From: an uncultured virus (IMG/VR IMGVR_UViG_3300026116_000037)
Taxonomy: Duplodnaviria; Heunggongvirae; Uroviricota; Caudoviricetes
IMG/VR virus record: IMGVR_UViG_3300026116_000037
Length of the DNA stretch: 64,000 nt
Strand: one strand, 5' to 3'
Numbering within the stretch: position 1 is the stretch's first letter; every line of letters starts with the position of its first letter. The translations under genes were made by a program, and so were the position numbers. This document shows, in pieces, positions 41,436 to 50,260 of the stretch. The notes beneath the pieces were generated by a model. That model saw only the letters and a program-made list of their open reading frames with translations. It did not search any database and had not been told where the DNA came from.

Positions 41436-41654
41436 ATGTTCGCCGCCCTCGCTATAGATCACGATCGCGAGACCGATTTCCTGGTCCGAAGTTTTCTCGC
41501 GCTCGTGACTCCGGGTGAGGAGAAGACGCTACGGGCCGCATACGGACTTCCATCTATGGCCTGTCTGGAAGACGTAATGCAGACCTCGGACCCGGAAACG
41601 ATCATCGTCAAGATCCGCAAGTTGGTGTCGAACGCGCGCTTGACTACCGTGTAA
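41436..41654 (+). CDS. sigma70 region-4-like miniprotein
   Basis: FLALVTPGEEKTLRAAYGL resembles RpoD region 4.1 (L..LTPREEKVLRMRFG). Confidence 0.45.
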   Translation: MFAALAIDHDRETDFLVRSFLALVTPGEEKTLRAAYGLPSMACLEDVMQTSDPETIIVKIRKLVSNARLTTV

Positions 41655-41909
41655 ACTTTGTAGGTGGACGCGAGCCAAGCACTTCGAGCGATCCGGCGTC
41701 TTGCGACGCGGCTGAGCCCCGAGGCCGCGGGAGAGGACGATTTGCGTCAGTTCGTGCGGGAGGTCGTCGCGGTGGTCGATGACGTGGACACGCAATCGGA
41801 CCTGGCGCCGGTGGTTGCGTCCGCACCCTATTTGGACGAGCCGGTTATGCTGACCGAGACGTTGGCCGAGCTGCTTCGCCTAGGGGTCGTTTTTACCGCC
41901 TGCACCGGG

Positions 41910-42146
41910 TGCGGCAAGCCTCGTGGAGCTTGCCTCAGCTTGCCTCAGTGCACGAGCAGCTACATCGAGTTGGATGCCGCAGCGCTGGCCAAGCTTGCCG
42001 CAGTTCCTACAGTATAGTCTGTAGGAGCCGCCTTAACGCGGCCTGACTATCCCGCAGTCGTTTTTGGGACCCGAGTCTTTGCGCGCACTTAGCTTGCCGC
42101 AGACCTTGCCGCACGTGAGGCAACGTCCGGCACGCGTGAGGCAAGC
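41910..42146. repeat. cluster of GCTTGCC(G/T)CA repeats in both orientations
   Basis: About 8 copies at 41910(rc), 41928, 41938, 41993, 42092, 42104, 42116(rc), 42137(rc). Confidence 0.8.
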
Positions 42147-42162
42147 TTGCTAAGCTCTTAGG

Positions 42163-43134
42163 ATGGCGTTTAGCAAAATGACCCGGGAGAAGTACGCGGT
42201 TTTAGTTGACGCGTTCGTTAAAATCGGCGGCCCGGTGTTCGCACGGGTGGCTAAAGAGGCCGGCCTAGATCGCGAGACCGTTAAAAAGGGCTGGGATCGC
42301 GGATGGCCCGAGGTCGGCGATTGGGCGGCCCCAATTTCGGCCCGGTTTAAGGACGCCCGCGACCCCCTCGTCTACCCCTCCGAATCTGGGCCCGGCACAG
42401 GAAAAGCGAATGATTCCAAGGACTCCGATATATGGTCACGGCATGACCATACGTTGCCATATGTGACCATACGTGGCGATACGTCCCGACCTGCGCCCGG
42501 CCCGGCCTCAGGGTCAGCGTTTGAGCCGGTTTCTCCCCCATCTACCCCCGTAAGCCAGCCTACTATATCGCCCGACACCGGCGCCTCCGCACCCACAACG
42601 GACATGGCGCCAGCGACCGCGCACCCCGCGGGATGGACAGCCGCCCAAGCAAAGGCCCGGGATCGTGAGCCCACGCTGGTGCTGGCGGCCTCGAATCTGA
42701 CGGTCGGCCTGAGCAACGCTGTGCACGCCGTGATCACGGCCCTCACGCAGAAGGCCCACCTACTCGACCACCTCGGCGAAGTGGGCGACGGCAAAGGCGG
42801 ATTCATGCCTGACCCCCACGCCGCCAAGCACTATGTGGAGGCCCTGGCCTCGATGGTGGCCAGCGCCGATAAGCTGGCGCAAACCACCCTCAAGATCATG
42901 GAGGCCGGCCGCCTCAACACGGGCGAGGCACAGAGCATCACCGAGGAGCGCGGCAAGCGCTCGACACAGGTCGATCCAGGCGAGGCCATGGCCGCCATGG
43001 CACGCATGGCCGCCGTCGCAGCAAGCGCTATGCGGGGGCGTGCGATCGCCACCCACTACAAGGACCGGGACGAGGCGGGCGTGATAGACGCTACGGTCGA
43101 GCCCGCCACTCCAGCGCCCGCGCCCGAGGGCTGA
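42163..43134 (+). CDS. probable terminase small subunit
   Basis: N-terminal HTH with RETVKKGWDRGW, helical core, GEAQSITE and terminal VIDATVE patterns typical of TerS. Confidence 0.45.
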   Translation: MAFSKMTREKYAVLVDAFVKIGGPVFARVAKEAGLDRETVKKGWDRGWPEVGDWAAPISARFKDARDPLVYPSESGPGTGKANDSKDSDIWSRHDHTLPYVTIRGDTSRPAPGPASGSAFEPVSPPSTPVSQPTISPDTGASAPTTDMAPATAHPAGWTAAQAKARDREPTLVLAASNLTVGLSNAVHAVITALTQKAHLLDHLGEVGDGKGGFMPDPHAAKHYVEALASMVASADKLAQTTLKIMEAGRLNTGEAQSITEERGKRSTQVDPGEAMAAMARMAAVAASAMRGRAIATHYKDRDEAGVIDATVEPATPAPAPEG

Positions 43135-43674
43135 ACCCCCTGTTTTCTCGCCCCGCCGTGGCACACACGTTGTAAATACACAGGGGCATAGACCTATCTA
43201 GGCGTAACCATTGGGCCGCAAACGATTAACTAAATCGTTTGCCCTCCCCGCCCGCCCCGAACCGCGTGTCATCTACACCCACAAGGTAGGACAGGGTAGG
43301 GGGTTCGGATACGACTGCCCTACCTCTAGCCTCGGGGGCGCGCCCTACCTGCATGAAATTTTGTGCGGGATCCCCGGCAAACGGTACTTTCTGCACCGCG
43401 TCAATTATTACCGGCCCGCCAGCTAAACTCCCTAAGGTCCGAGCCCGCCCGCTATTCCCATCCGTCCCTAAGACTTAAACCGAGGCCGAGCCCGATCATG
43501 GTCGCCGCGAGGCCGAGCCCAAAGATCGGATCGGCGGCCGGCCCCGCGCGCCCTCCTCCGGAACCGGGTCGAACCCTAAGCGTTTCCGGATCTTGCCTTA
43601 GCTTTCCGCGGTTTTAGGAACCGGTCCCGCTCGCGCACGCGAACCCTCTTGAAAATTTTTTCCAGAAAAATTCC

Positions 43675-43709
43675 TAAGCCCTTAAGGCTCTAGACGTCCG
43701 AGCCGATGA
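43675..43709 (+). promoter_or_regulatory. sigma28-like promoter copy (leaderless)
   Basis: TAAGCCCTTAAG-N15-GCCGATGA-ATAGATC-ATG. Confidence 0.8.
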
Positions 43710-43716
43710 ATAGATC

Positions 43717-44076
43717 ATGAGCACGACGCCGACCGTCCGCCCCGCCACCGGCCCCGCCACCGGCCCCGCCACCGGCCCCGCCACCGGCCCCGCCACCTAC
43801 GTCCCCGAGATCGCCTTGAACCAAATCAAGGCGCTGGATTATTGGGCCTTCGCCCGCTGGGGCGTCAAGGACGTCCTCTCTTTCAACGGGGACACCCTGC
43901 AACTGAACTGCGCCCGCGGGCGCCGGATCCTCGTGACGCTCGACCGCGGCACCGACACCTACCGGATCTCCGTCGGCCGCGTCCGCAACTTCGAGTTCCG
44001 CGAGCTGGCCTCGGATACGGGTGCCCACGCCGAGGATCTCGTCATCGCGATCGACACCTTGATCGAGCGGGCGTAA
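43717..44076 (+). CDS. hypothetical protein with 12-bp (PATG) tandem repeat
   Basis: Leaderless start; CCCCGCCACCGG repeats at ~43740-43797. Confidence 0.7.
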   Translation: MSTTPTVRPATGPATGPATGPATGPATYVPEIALNQIKALDYWAFARWGVKDVLSFNGDTLQLNCARGRRILVTLDRGTDTYRISVGRVRNFEFRELASDTGAHAEDLVIAIDTLIERA

Positions 44077-44128
44077 GTCGCCCGCCCGCTCCGCCACCAC
44101 GAAACGCCCACACGAAAGGAACCCCGCT

Positions 44129-44524
44129 ATGTCCACCCGCCCGACCCGAGCCAAGAACTTCGCCCGCACCCAAGCCCTCGTCAAGGTCTTCGCCCCGAAG
44201 CAGCTCCACGACGCGATCGACGCCACGCGCACCATGGGCGAGCTGGAATTCGTGGCCAAGATCGGCGCTGGCTTCGCGGCCTCCCTCGCGGCCGCGCCCG
44301 CTCCGGAGCGCTTCACGCTCTTTCTCCTGGACGCCGGCCCTAACAAGATCGGCACCATCAAAGCGATCCGCGAGATCACGAATCTCGGGCTCAAGGAGGC
44401 CAAGGACCTGGCGGACGCGGCGGGCGGCCATCCGGTCAAGATCCTGGAAGGGGTCGACCACCGCAGGGCCAAGGCCGGATATGACGTCCTGAGCGGCACG
44501 GGAGCCAAGGCCGAGATCGGCTAG
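44129..44524 (+). CDS. rplL: ribosomal protein bL12 (L7/L12) C-terminal-domain homologue
   Basis: FTLFLLDAGPNKIGTIKAIREITNLGLKEAKDLAD...ILEGV...GAKAEI. Confidence 0.85.
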   Translation: MSTRPTRAKNFARTQALVKVFAPKQLHDAIDATRTMGELEFVAKIGAGFAASLAAAPAPERFTLFLLDAGPNKIGTIKAIREITNLGLKEAKDLADAAGGHPVKILEGVDHRRAKAGYDVLSGTGAKAEIG

Positions 44525-44728
44525 CCCCCGCCCGTCGCTTCGGGACGTGACGCGCTTAGCTCTAAAAACGTCCCTTACGCAATAAAAATTCTTTACTCTC
44601 AAAAGGCAATGACTTAGTTTTGTCGATGCCGACGGACACTGTCCCACACCAGATCCGAGCACGTACCTTTTTCGTAACCGTCCGCCCACCCGTCCCGCCC
44701 AAGCCGCCGCCGACAAGGAGATCACCCA

Positions 44729-45208
44729 ATGAGCCCCAACCGCACCGCCACCGCCAGGACCCATACCGCGCCCCAACCTCACGCCCCGGCCGCCCACACC
44801 TCGCGCCCTTCGCGCCCCGCGAACGCCGACGTCGCCCGCGCGCCGCACGTCCGCGCCGCCGCCAACGCGATCCCCGGCTACGCGCCGCCCTCGCGGAAGC
44901 AGATCACGGACGCCTTGCAGGAGGCCGAGGACCGGAAGAGCCGGCACCAGAAGGTGTTTCAGGTCATCGGGAGCCCCGAGTGGTACACGCCGGCCGGCAC
45001 CCTCCGGGCGAAGGACACGATCAAGATCGGCCTCGACGCCTTCGAGGTCGTCATGAAAACGAACAAGGGCCCAGGCATGATGGAGCTGAAAATCGCGACG
45101 CCCATGGGTGACCGGCTCGTCCCCATGCAGCGAGACGCCCTCGTGCCGATCGTCCGCCTCGCGGACCCGGCCGCCCGCAAGCGCATGCGCTCCGGCGGGA
45201 ATTCGTAA
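44729..45208 (+). CDS. hypothetical protein
   Basis: AAGGAG SD; followed by terminator. Confidence 0.65.
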   Translation: MSPNRTATARTHTAPQPHAPAAHTSRPSRPANADVARAPHVRAAANAIPGYAPPSRKQITDALQEAEDRKSRHQKVFQVIGSPEWYTPAGTLRAKDTIKIGLDAFEVVMKTNKGPGMMELKIATPMGDRLVPMQRDALVPIVRLADPAARKRMRSGGNS

Positions 45209-45273
45209 GCTTTCCACCCACACCCTTAGCCCTATCGGGCCGCGCCGCCCCCGCGCCGTTCGATTCGAAAGCC

Positions 45274-45300
45274 CGGCCGCCCATCTGGAGCGGCCGTTTT
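45274..45300 (+). terminator. intrinsic terminator
   Basis: CGGCCGC/GCGGCCG stem followed by TTTT. Confidence 0.7.
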
Positions 45301-45354
45301 CATTTAGGCCCCCGAGCCGCAGGCCCGAGAAAAAAATTCTTTACGTTCTAGTCT

Positions 45355-45389
45355 TAAGCGCTTAATTTTTAGATCGGTCGAGCCGATGT
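45355..45389 (+). promoter_or_regulatory. sigma28-like promoter copy (leaderless)
   Basis: TAAGCGCTTAAT-N15-GCCGATGT-CTAGATC-ATG. Confidence 0.75.
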
Positions 45390-45396
45390 CTAGATC

Positions 45397-45681
45397 ATGA
45401 TGACAACGACGACGGAAACGACGACAATCAGCGCCGCTATCAGCGACATCATTAGCAACCATCTCGGCTCCGTGCCCGAAATCGAAGTCGACGACGCCGA
45501 GACCACCAACACCTACGATCTCGACGAGCAAACCCACGTGTATAGCGATGACGACTTCGCGGCGGCCGAGCTGGAAGAGGTCCTCCGCCTCACGCGCGCC
45601 GCGCTCTCGGCCTCCGACGCGAACGAATCCGAGTGGTTCACGCGCGAGGCGCTCGACATTCTTTCCCGGATCGATTCCTAA
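45397..45681 (+). CDS. small acidic protein
   Basis: D/E-rich 94 aa; leaderless start. Confidence 0.7.
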   Translation: MMTTTTETTTISAAISDIISNHLGSVPEIEVDDAETTNTYDLDEQTHVYSDDDFAAAELEEVLRLTRAALSASDANESEWFTREALDILSRIDS

Positions 45682-45713
45682 GGCCTTAAGTTTTCTCGCC
45701 CGCGAGCCGATAG
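45679..45713 (+). promoter_or_regulatory. sigma28-like promoter copy (leaderless)
   Basis: TAAGGCCTTAAG-N15-GCCGATAG-N7-ATG. Confidence 0.8.
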
Positions 45714-45720
45714 GATCTGC

Positions 45721-46077
45721 ATGAGCACTACGATTTACACCGGAAAAGAAAAGCGCTACAACGGCAAGTGCAAATGCGGCTCGCGTTTCTCGACGCTCGC
45801 GACGCGAGTGCAGACCGCGGCGCACGTTCTCGGCCCGGTGGCCGACGGCGCTTCCGGCTTCGTCGAGTTCCACGCCGAGGGGCGCAGCTTCTCCGAGTCG
45901 CGGCTCTCGAACGACTCCCTTTGGTTTCGCTGCGCGTGCGGCCGGTGGAACCGCGCCGAGCCGGTGCGCGGGACCATCGTCTCCTCGAAGAAGTGCAACG
46001 CCCTTTGCCTCGCGTCCTCCGGCCACTCGTGCGAGTGCTCGTGCGGTGGTAAAAACCACGGCGCGCAGCACGGGTAG
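45721..46077 (+). CDS. Cys-rich small protein
   Basis: KCNALCLASSGHSCECSCGGKNHG. Confidence 0.7.
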   Translation: MSTTIYTGKEKRYNGKCKCGSRFSTLATRVQTAAHVLGPVADGASGFVEFHAEGRSFSESRLSNDSLWFRCACGRWNRAEPVRGTIVSSKKCNALCLASSGHSCECSCGGKNHGAQHG

Positions 46078-46744
46078 CCCGCTCTCCTCAACCACCGAAA
46101 GAAAGGAACGCCGCCCATGTCCTCCACGCCCAGCGCCTCCCTGCCCAACACCTCCCGGTTCGCCACCTGTCCCACCTGCGCCGCTTCCGTCGCGGTCGTC
46201 GAAGGTCGCCTCATCACGCACGACGCGCCGAAGCCGTGCCGCGCGGCTTGCTCCGGCTCGCGCTCCGCCGAACAGCTCGGCCGCGCCGAGGGCAAGATCG
46301 TCGCCGCCTTCCTCGGCGCGCTCGCCGAGGAGCACGACCTGGATTGGGTGATCTCCTATGAGGACGCGCCCGGCGAGCCCAAGGCCTTCCGCGTCGTGCG
46401 CGACGGGCTGAAGTTGCTGGAGCCGCCGCACGTGATCGGAGAGACCGAGACGGAGGCGCGCGATTGCATCTCGCTCGCGGCCGTGGGAGCCGATGCGATC
46501 CGGCGATACGACGGCGGCCGGCGATGATCAAAGGCACGACCTTCAAGCGCACGCGCTACCGGCTCGGCACGATCGTGTGCGGCGCGGCCTATTACTTCAC
46601 CGACCTCCCCGAGTTCCGAACGGAGATCGCGGCGCGCGCCTACCTCCGCGAGCACCGGACCGCGCTGGGCCGCCCGGTGTATGTCTGGCGCACGCGCGAG
46701 TGCTGGGCCCGCGGCGTGAACTACGGCACCGACGTCGAGGGTCC

Positions 46745-46850
46745 GTTGCCTGAGGAACAACAGAAACAACAGCAGGCGTTGCCGGCCGCTCAACAACCGC
46801 CCGCCCCGGACGCGGATTCGTAAGGGCTTAGAGTCGGCACGGCGCCTGCA
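46745..46850 (+). promoter_or_regulatory. sigma54 promoter with upstream enhancer
   Basis: Enhancer 46745-46794; CGGCACGGCGCCTGCA 46835-46850. Confidence 0.75.
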
Positions 46851-46864
46851 ATACTCCGGATCAT

Positions 46865-47021
46865 CTTCTCAAAACCCCGCCCGGAAGGGCGCCCTAGCAG
46901 GGACCTAGGGAGGAATGGGGGCACACCCGAGAAGGCCTCGAACACTTTCAAAACCCCGCCCGGAAGGGCGCCCTAGCAGGGACCTAGGGAGGAATGGGGC
47001 ACACCCGAAAGTGTTCGAGGC
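46865..47021 (+). ncRNA. tandem structured RNA with GGA loops (CsrA/RsmA-sponge-like)
   Basis: Two ~60-nt near-identical units, each closed by a different stem; starts at the expected sigma54 +1. Confidence 0.6.
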
Positions 47022-47058
47022 GCCCGCTTCCGCAACGCTCAAACCGGAACCTCTTCAC

Positions 47059-47634
47059 ATGTACAAACATTGGATCGCTTTTCGAAAGACGGCACAAGGC
47101 ACCGTGATCCACTTGTGGCCCGACGGCGCGATCACGTGGGCGCTCGGACTCTACGTCAAGGGCTCGCCACACGCGCGAACGGACGCGCAGATCGCCGAAG
47201 CGCGCACGGCTGGCTGGCTCGTTATGGGCGAGGTCGAGCTTTACGACGATGACGAGGTCCCGGCGCTGATCAAGGCGGCTCGATGGGCGGCGGCCCGCGG
47301 ACTGGATCCCGGCGCGATGCGGGCCCATCTTCACCGGCCTACCGTGTTGCGTCCCGTGTGGGAAGTGGTCGAGGCGGATCGCGACGGCAATCCGCGCGTG
47401 CGTGTTTGGAAGCTCCCGCGCCTTCGATGGCCGGGGCTCAGCGTGTGGTCGGACGGCGCCACTTATTCAATCTGGCGAGAGATCTCCGGCGGCCGCGGAA
47501 CCTATGGCCCGACCGGGATCGAGTTCTCGAACCTCGCGGAGCTTTCGGCGCACCTGTTGAGCGACTGTCAACACATGCAACACAAGGCGTTGCCGGCCGC
47601 TCAACAACCGCCCGCCCCGGACGCGGATTCCTAA
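47059..47634 (+). CDS. hypothetical protein
   Basis: MYKHWIAF...; C-terminus runs into the next enhancer. Confidence 0.55.
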   Translation: MYKHWIAFRKTAQGTVIHLWPDGAITWALGLYVKGSPHARTDAQIAEARTAGWLVMGEVELYDDDEVPALIKAARWAAARGLDPGAMRAHLHRPTVLRPVWEVVEADRDGNPRVRVWKLPRLRWPGLSVWSDGATYSIWREISGGRGTYGPTGIEFSNLAELSAHLLSDCQHMQHKALPAAQQPPAPDADS

Positions 47635-47661
47635 CCTTTTCGAGGTGGCACGCCCGGTGCA
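47556..47661 (+). promoter_or_regulatory. sigma54 promoter with upstream enhancer
   Basis: Enhancer 47556-47605; TGGCACGCCCGGTGCA 47646-47661; ATG 47678. Confidence 0.8.
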
Positions 47662-47899
47662 TTCAAGAGAGTCCATCATGGTCAAACTCACCCGCCCCGT
47701 CGATTTCGAGGCCGCGATTCTCGAACAGCAGGAATACGAAAGCGGAGAGTGTGGTGGTGTATACCCCGGGATCGAGAAATTTGATCCGTACGGCCCGCAA
47801 TGCGAGGAGTGCCGCTATTCCGGCGGTCAGCACTCGATATCTTGCCAAAAGGTGAGCGCCCGCAAGCGCGCCCGCCAAGGCGACCTCAAAACCTAACCC

Positions 47900-48005
47900 G
47901 TTGCGCGGGCGACAACAGAAACAACAGCTTTCGTTGCCTCGTGAGCAACATCCGCCCGCCCCGGTCGCGGATTCCTAGCCTCTTAGGGCCGGCACACCCC
48001 GTGCA
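47900..48005 (+). promoter_or_regulatory. sigma54 promoter with upstream enhancer
   Basis: Enhancer 47900-47949; CGGCACACCCCGTGCA 47990-48005; ATG 48022. Confidence 0.8.
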
Positions 48006-48021
48006 TTCAAGAGAGTCCATC

Positions 48022-48243
48022 ATGGAAAACACGACGACCGCCGAGACCGCCACCGTCCACGATCGCGTGATCCTCAAACCGGGCCGCGAGGTGCTCGACC
48101 CGCACAACCGCCGGATCGAGGTCGTGTCGGTCACGCCCGACCCGAGCGGCGACAAGGCCCGAGACGTGGTGACGTGCCGGCTCCGCGGGCCGTACGGGGC
48201 GACCGTGACCTACACGCGGTCTATGCTCCGGCCGGTAGAGTAA
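48022..48243 (+). CDS. small beta-rich protein, paralogue of 50911-51081
   Basis: Shared KPGR..DPH.R...VV.VTPDPSGDKARD.V..RL.G.YGA...Y.RS.LRP. Confidence 0.7.
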   Translation: MENTTTAETATVHDRVILKPGREVLDPHNRRIEVVSVTPDPSGDKARDVVTCRLRGPYGATVTYTRSMLRPVE

Positions 48244-48255
48244 AAATTATTTTTC

Positions 48256-48290
48256 TAAGGCCTTAAGGTTTTGGCGCCCGGTGCCGATGG
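48256..48290 (+). promoter_or_regulatory. sigma28-like promoter copy (leaderless; ATG 48298)
   Basis: TAAGGCCTTAAG-N15-GCCGATGG-GATAGGT-ATG. Confidence 0.8.
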
Positions 48291-48573
48291 GATAGGTATG
48301 AACACGACCAGCACCCCGGACACCAGCCGCTTCCAGACCCGTGGCGTTCTCGCGGGCGCCTACAAGGCCGGCTCCGCCGCCGAGGCCCGCGCGATGCTGA
48401 CCCACCTCGTGGACCTCACGATCAATCACGGTTTCACGGCGCTTTGCCGCCGCGTCAAGGCCGGCAACATGGCGGACGAGTATTCGGGCACGTCGGCCGA
48501 GCTGGCCGCCCGCCCGACGTGCCCGATCTGCGCCGCGAAGTGGGACCGCCTCCAGAAGTAAAAAATAATTTCT

Positions 48574-48608
48574 TAAGGCCTTAAGGTTTACCACGCCCGA
48601 GCCGATGG
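48574..48608 (+). promoter_or_regulatory. sigma28-like promoter copy (45-aa ORF 48620-48757 follows)
   Basis: TAAGGCCTTAAG-N15-GCCGATGG. Confidence 0.8.
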
Positions 48609-49091
48609 AATAGTTAATCATGGCGCTCTCCTCCCTCTCCGGTTTCGGCTTCGGCGGCGCGGTCCTCCCGATCGTCAACCCCGCCGCCCTCGTCAAGGTC
48701 TCGGCCCCGGTGAAAGAAGTAAGGCCGCCCCCGCCCCACGAAAGGGATCTCACATGAGCCGCGAATCCAAGCCCTCCGCGCCCTCCGCGCCCTCCGCGCC
48801 CTCCTACGTCTACAAGGTGCATGACGGCAAGCTCTACCGCGTGAAGGTGAAGAAGATCACGGCCACGGGAACGGTCTTTCTCGAAACGAGGCCGCTTTGT
48901 TTCGGCTGTGCGGCGATGGTCCATCCGCAACGCGCCCACTTCACCGCGGAGTCGGCGCTCGCGGCCGCTCGCCTCCACGCCGAGCGGGCCGCCGCCGATG
49001 CCGCGTTCGCGCTGGAGCAAGTCTCGAACCTCACGCCGGCCGACGCCATCGATCCGAAATCCTGACGGCTGCCTCCGACACAACAGAGTCC

Positions 49092-49188
49092 CAGCCGAAG
49101 CAACACCTTCCGTAGACTCCGAGGCAGCAACAGCCGGCGCTAAGGGCCCGCACGTTTCGAGGGTCCTAAGAACGGCACAGAGCGTGCA
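49092..49188 (+). promoter_or_regulatory. sigma54 promoter with degenerate enhancer
   Basis: CAGC-N5-CAAC-N7-GTAG-N9-CAGC; CGGCACAGAGCGTGCA 49173-49188; ATG 49202. Confidence 0.65.
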
Positions 49189-49926
49189 TTTAGATCCGGA
49201 CATGATGAGGACGACGCCGATGCTGAAAGTCAAAGACGCACAATTCTGGATCGCCGGGCTCGCCGGCCTACCCGAGGCACACGCCCTCCGCCAGATCTCG
49301 CACGAGGTCGAGGCGCAGCGCCTGGCCCTGGCGGCCGCGCGCAGTCTACCAGCCCGCGAGCTGGCCGAGTGGCGCAAGAGCGTTGAGATTCTGGAGCGCA
49401 CCAGCTCCCGCTTTCGCAACGCCATGGAGCGCCGGCTCCGCGCGCGCGAGGGCGCGGCCGCGATGTCGCTCGACGTGGCCGAGGACGGCCCGATCCGCGG
49501 GAACAGCTGATCGCGCGTGGTATCCTTAGGGACTCACATGAGCAAGCTAACCGACGGCCTCAAGACCTGGATCGCTCAGCGCCTCGCCGGCTCCTCCGCG
49601 CGCTTAGCGGTCGCCGAGATCAACGCCGTTCTGAGTCGGCAGCGCGCCGTGCTGGAGCAATGCAAGGCGGATCAGCAGTGGCCCGACGGTATCAACCCGG
49701 ACGACCTGGAGAAGTCGATCAACTTGCTCGAAGTTGGCCTCCGGAGGGCGCAGGAAGCGGCCAGCGCAGAGCTTGAAGCGAGCATGACCAACGCCGCCGC
49801 CGAGGCACGAGCCCTCGCCATGGCCGAGCTGCGTGCGTTCGAGAGCCTCGCGGATGCTCCTTCTCCCGCCGTCCCGGCCACGCCCGCGGCGGCCGACGGG
49901 GATACGTCGGCCGAGCCCGCGACGCT

Positions 49927-50033
49927 GTTGACCAAGAAACAACAGAGGCAACAGAGTTAGTTGTCCGGCGCGCAACCGGCCCGCGCGCCACGCCCCGGAT
50001 CGGCGGGGCTTTCGAAGTGGCACGGGCGCTGCA
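49927..50033 (+). promoter_or_regulatory. sigma54 promoter with upstream enhancer
   Basis: Enhancer 49927-49976; TGGCACGGGCGCTGCA 50018-50033; ATG 50047. Confidence 0.8.
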
Positions 50034-50230
50034 TTGATCCGGAGTCATGAACACCAACGGGATCGAAATCAAGGGCGGCCGGATCGTCAACGTGGGCGAC
50101 ATCGTGACCAACTTCGGGCAGCGTGCCGTTATCGTCGGGATCATCGACGGCTTTCTCCGGGTGAACGGGTTGCGCCACGATGGCAAGAAGGATCGTCGCG
50201 GGACGTGGATCGCGAAGCCGGAACTTTGCG

Positions 50231-50260
50231 CCTAAAGATTTCTTACGCTCTAGCCGATGG
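50231..50260 (+). promoter_or_regulatory. sigma28-like promoter copy (leaderless; ATG 50269)
   Basis: CCTAAAG-N15-GCCGATGG-N8-ATG. Confidence 0.75.

Noticed and set aside
42128..42143. CGGCACGCGTGAGGCA GG-N10-GC match before the TerS-like gene
   Set aside because: Explained by the GCTTGCCTCA repeat cluster; lacks TGC context and enhancer
43159..43174. TGGCACACACGTTGTA as a seventh sigma54 promoter
   Set aside because: GT instead of GC at -12, no upstream enhancer array and no convincing downstream gene; possible but unsupported
44600..44636. GCCGACGG upstream of ORF 44729 as another sigma28-like copy
   Set aside because: No CTWAAG box at the 15-nt spacing
46865..47021. Known riboswitch or ribozyme (c-di-GMP-I, hammerhead, pistol)
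   Set aside because: Their core consensus nucleotides could not be found by eye; an Rfam search is still needed
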